DNA from: Macrostomum lignano
Taxonomy: Eukaryota
Reading direction: 5' to 3'
NCBI GenBank assembly: GCA_002269645.1
Contig: NIVC01001361.1
Coordinates: 186,001-250,000, forward strand
Length of the DNA stretch: 64,000 nt
Every line of letters starts with the position of its first letter. Within the stretch, counting starts at the first letter, position 1. The notes below the pieces were generated by a model. It was given only the letters and a program-made list of their open reading frames with translations, did not search any database and had not been told where the DNA came from. Shown here piece by piece: positions 60,301 through 64,000 of the stretch. A program made the translations under genes and the position numbers.

Positions 60301-63300
60301 ATGCAGGGGTCACTCCCAGCTCTAAAATGAATGCAAGGGTCACTCCCAGCCCTGGGTTGAATGCAAGGGTCACTCCCAGTCCTGGATTGAATGTAAGGGT
60401 CACTCCCAGTCCTGGATTGAATGCGGGGGTCACTCCCAGTCCTGGATTGAATGCAAGGGTCACTCCCAGCTCTAGAATGAATGCAGGGGTCACTCCCAGC
60501 TCTAGAATGAATGCAAGGGTCACTCCCAGCTCTAAAATGAATGCAAGGGTCACTCCCAGCCCTGGGTTGAATGCAAGGGTCATTCCCAGCTCTGGGATGA
60601 ATGCAAGGGTCACTCCCAGCTCTGGGATGAATGCAAGGGTCACTCCCAGCCCTGGATTGAATGCAAGGGTCACTCCCAGCTCTAGAATGAATGCAAGGGT
60701 CACTCCCAGCCCTGGGTTGAATGCAAGGGTCATTCCCAGCTCTGGGATGAATGCAAGGGTCACTCCCAGCTCTGGGATGAATGCAAGGGTCACTCCCAGC
60801 CCTGGATTGAATGCAAGGGTCACTCCCAGCTCTAGAATGAATGCAAGGGTCACTCCCAGCTCTAAAATGAATGCAAAGGTCACTACAGCTCTGGGATGAA
60901 TGCAAGGGTCACTCCCAGCCCTGGGTTGAATGCAAGGGTCACTCCCAGTCCTGGATTGAATGCAAGGGTCACTCCCAGTCCTGGATTGAATGCAAGGGTC
61001 ACTCCCAGTCCTGGATGAATGCAAGGGTCACTCCCAGCTCTAGAATGAATGCAGGGGTCACTCCCAGCTCTAAAATGAATGCAAGGGTCACTCCCAGCTC
61101 TAAAATGAATGCAAGGGTCACTCCCAGCTCTGGATTGAAAGCAAGGGTCACTCCCAGCTCTAGAATGAATGCAAGGGTCACTCCCAGCTTTAGGATAAAT
61201 ACAAGGGTCACTCCTAGCCTCACTCTGGGATGAATGCAAGGGTCACTCCCAGATTTAGGATAAATTCAAGGGTCACTCCTAGCCTCACTCTGGGATGAAT
61301 GCAAGGGTCACTCCCAGATTTAGGATAAATTCAAGGGTCACTCCTAGCCTCACTCTGGGGTGAATGCAAGGGTCACTCCTTACGTGCTAACCTTCTTACC
61401 TTAGTTAACTAAAAGTTTATCAGCTGGGTTAATCGCTGAACATCATTATAAGCATCAGTTGCCAACGGAACCGCCGCAGGCCTACCAGAAGCACTACCAC
61501 CTGTACCGGTCCGACCCCGAGCTGCTCAGCTATCGACAGAAGCGCAACGAAATGCTGCGCTCCCGGCGCAATCAAATCTGCTTGAAGTTCACCTTCTGGC
61601 CGGAGGTGGAGCCGCGCAATGGCGAGCACATCTACGAGCTGAGGAGCTACAATCTGCGTCCGGGTGAGCTAGGAGTAATGCATTTTGGAAATCTCACTCT
61701 GAATTTTGGAAATCTCACTCTGAATTTTGGAAATCTCACTCTGAATTTTGGAAATCTCACTCTGAATTTTGGAAATCTCACTCTGAATTTTGGAAATCTC
61801 ACTCTGAATTTTGGAAATCTCACTCTGAATTTTGGAAATCTCACTCTGAATTTTGGAAATCTCACTCTGAATTTTGGAAATCTCACTTTGAATTTCGGAA
61901 ATCTCACTTTAGATTTTGAAAATCTCACTTTGAATTTCGGAAATCTCACTTTAGATTTTGAAAATCTCACTTTGAATTTCGGAAATCTCACTTCAAATTT
62001 TGAAGATCTCACTTTGAATTTTGAGGATCTCACTCTGATGTATGAAAATCTCACTCTGATGTATGAAAATCTCACTCTGATGTATGAAAATCTCACTCTG
62101 ATGTATGAAAATCTCACTCTGATGTATGAAAATCTCACTCTGATGTATGAAAATCTCACTATAAAATTTCGAAAACCTCACTCTGTAATCTAAAATCGTA
62201 TTCTTGTATTTTTGGAAGTCCTACTCTGTGTTGGAAATTTCTACTCAACATTTGGGAATCCTCCGCTTAGAAAGTGCAAAGCTTCGAGAGTATGAAGCAA
62301 AATGAATTTTTTTCTTAATGAGTTACCCACTCTTCAAAGCTTTCAATGGGGTGCTTTCATATCCCCGGCACTTCATATCTCAGACACTTCATATCCCCGA
62401 CACTTCATATCTCCGGCACTTCACATCTCAGGCACTTCACATCTCAGACACTTCATATCCCCGACACTTCATATCTCCGACACTTCATATCCCCGACACT
62501 TCATATCCCCGACACTTCATATCCCCGACACTTCATATCTCAGGCACTTCATATCCCGACACTTCATATCCCCGACACTTCATATCCCCGACACTTCATA
62601 TCCCCGACACTTCATATCCCCGACACTTCATATCCCCGACACTTCATATCCCCGACACTTCATATCCCCGACACTTCATATCTCCCGCACTTCACATCTC
62701 AGGCACTTCATATCCCCGACACTTCATATCTCCCGCACTTCACATCTCAGGCACTTCATATCTCCGACACTTCATATCTCCGACACTTCATATCCCCGAC
62801 ACTTCATATCCCCGACACTTCATATCCCCGACACTTCATATCTCCCGCACTTCACATCTCAGGCACTTCATATCCCCGACACTTCATATCTCCCGCACTT
62901 CACATCTCAGGCACTTCATATCTCCGACACTTCATATCTCAGACACTTCATATCTCAGACACTTCATATCCCCGACACTTCATATCCCCGACACTTCATA
63001 TCTCAGACACTTCATATCTCAGACACTTCACATCTCAGGCACTTCATATTTCCGACACTTCACATCTCAGGCACTTCATATCTCCGACACTTCATATCCC
63101 CGACACTTCATATCCCCGACACTTCATATCCCCGACACTTCATATCTCAGACACTTCATATATCCGACACTTCATATCTCCGTTAGGGTTAGAGTTAATC
63201 TGGTCAGAGATATGAAGTGTCGGAGATATGAAAATTCAGAAAAGAAAGCACTTTAACTTGTACTTTATTCGCATCGCAGGCAATCTGCTAGAGTGGGGCA

Positions 63301-63551
63301 ACTACTGGGCGCACGGCCTGCGCTGCCGCCGCAGCGACGATGAGGCCGTCTGCGGCCTGTTCTCCCACATCGGCGATCTGCACCAGGTGCACCACCTGTG
63401 GTGCTACAAAGACTTGGTGCACCGCAACGAGGTCCGCGACATGGCCTGGCACAAGCCGGAATGGGCCGAGACTGTTCGCAAAACTGTCAGCCTGATTGAC
63501 ACCATGAGCTGCCGGGTGCTCAAGCCTACGCCATTTAGCCCGCTCCAGTAG
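57359..63551 (+). CDS. NIPSNAP: NipSnap homolog (NIPSNAP1/2-like) with a mitochondrial-type presequence, ~264 aa. Exons 57359-57408, 59599-59717, 59811-59856, 59928-60051, 61480-61663, 63280-63551
   Basis: Motifs include ELIGSFTCEIGAQDEALHIWRFKGGY, HIYELRSYNLRPG|NLLEWGNYW, GLFSHIGDLHQVHHLWCY and the terminal LKPTPFSPLQ*. The N-terminus MNFLRRASFCSLKLFNRQLHSS is Arg-rich and lacks acidic residues. The 795 nt are in frame. Confidence 0.92.
60062..61380. repeat. 30-bp minisatellite in a NIPSNAP intron
   Basis: Unit GAATGCAAGGGTCACTCCCAGCTCTAGAAT. Confidence 0.95.
61682..62190. repeat. 21-bp minisatellite with a polarised variant gradient, in the last NIPSNAP intron
   Basis: Unit GGAAATCTCACTCTGAATTTT, drifting to GAAAATCTCACTCTGATGTAT. 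Confidence 0.92.
62355..63233. repeat. 16-bp minisatellite array closed by a short inverted copy (MITE-like structure)
   Basis: Unit GACACTTCATATCCCC over 62355-63180, then the spacer CGTTAGGGTTAGAGTTAATCTGGTCA, then an inverted copy at 63207-63233. Confidence 0.85.
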
Positions 63552-63764
63552 GCCGCGGAACTGCAAGCTGTGTACTTTTTTAATAATCTGTCCCGTTTTG
63601 GTTGCTTAGCTGTAATCGATAGACCAGATCGGTACTATTTCAAGCGATCGCTGAATTATGGGATGAACTATTGATAGTTTGATTATTAATTAATTGATAC
63701 ATTGATTAACTGATGGGGTGCTCTATTAATAGCTTCTGAATTTGAGTTGTTGATTACTTTAACC

Positions 63765-64000
63765 ATTGATGAGCTGATGCATCAATCATTTAAGTCTTTG
63801 ATGAGTTGATCCATTGATCAGTTGATGCATCAATCATTTAAGTCTTTGATGAGTTGATCCATTGATCAGTTGATGCATCAATCATTTAAGTTATTGATCA
63901 GTTGATGCATCAATCATTTAAGTTATTGATCAGTTGGTGCATCAATCATTTGAGTTATTGATCAGTTGATGCATCAATCATTTAAGTTATTGATCAGTTG
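63765..64000. repeat. ~32-bp tandem repeat with a 12-bp palindrome, running off the window end
   Basis: Unit GATCAGTTGATGCATCAATCATTTAAGTTATT; TTGATGCATCAA is self-complementary. Confidence 0.85.

Overview
This is eukaryotic (metazoan) genomic DNA, not prokaryotic. It has GC-rich exons with GT-AG introns, and most larger introns are filled by an intron-specific micro- or minisatellite. That style resembles the flatworm Macrostomum lignano, but the organism is an inference. I spliced eight genes by hand. For the seven genes fully inside the window the modelled exons give an open frame with consistent phases. On the + strand: the 3' end of neurofibromin NF1 (with an apparent 1-nt frameshift), SMG6/EST1A (7 coding exons, intact PIN nuclease), a Cys-rich GCC2/GCC3-repeat single-pass membrane protein, and NIPSNAP. 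On the - strand: a divergent DOK-like PH-PTB adaptor, polycystin-2 (PKD2 family), an unusual ~748-aa protein joining a DZANK1-type N-terminal CHB_HEX_C/Fn3-associated domain to an annexin core with degenerate Ca2+ sites, and CFAP73/CCDC42. Mobile DNA includes an internally deleted CACTA/EnSpm element (13-bp TIR, 3-bp TSD), a non-autonomous hAT element (12-bp TIR, 8-bp TSD), tRNA-derived SINE-like fragments, and a disabled intronless dUTPase in SMG6 intron 1. The most interesting signals are the DZANK1-domain/annexin fusion, its position in a co-oriented cilia-related trio (CFAP73, fusion, PKD2) that may be trans-spliced or polycistronic, and the possibility that it takes its start codon from a spliced-leader AUG. 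Nearly all long repetitive ORFs in the supplied track are translations of satellites.
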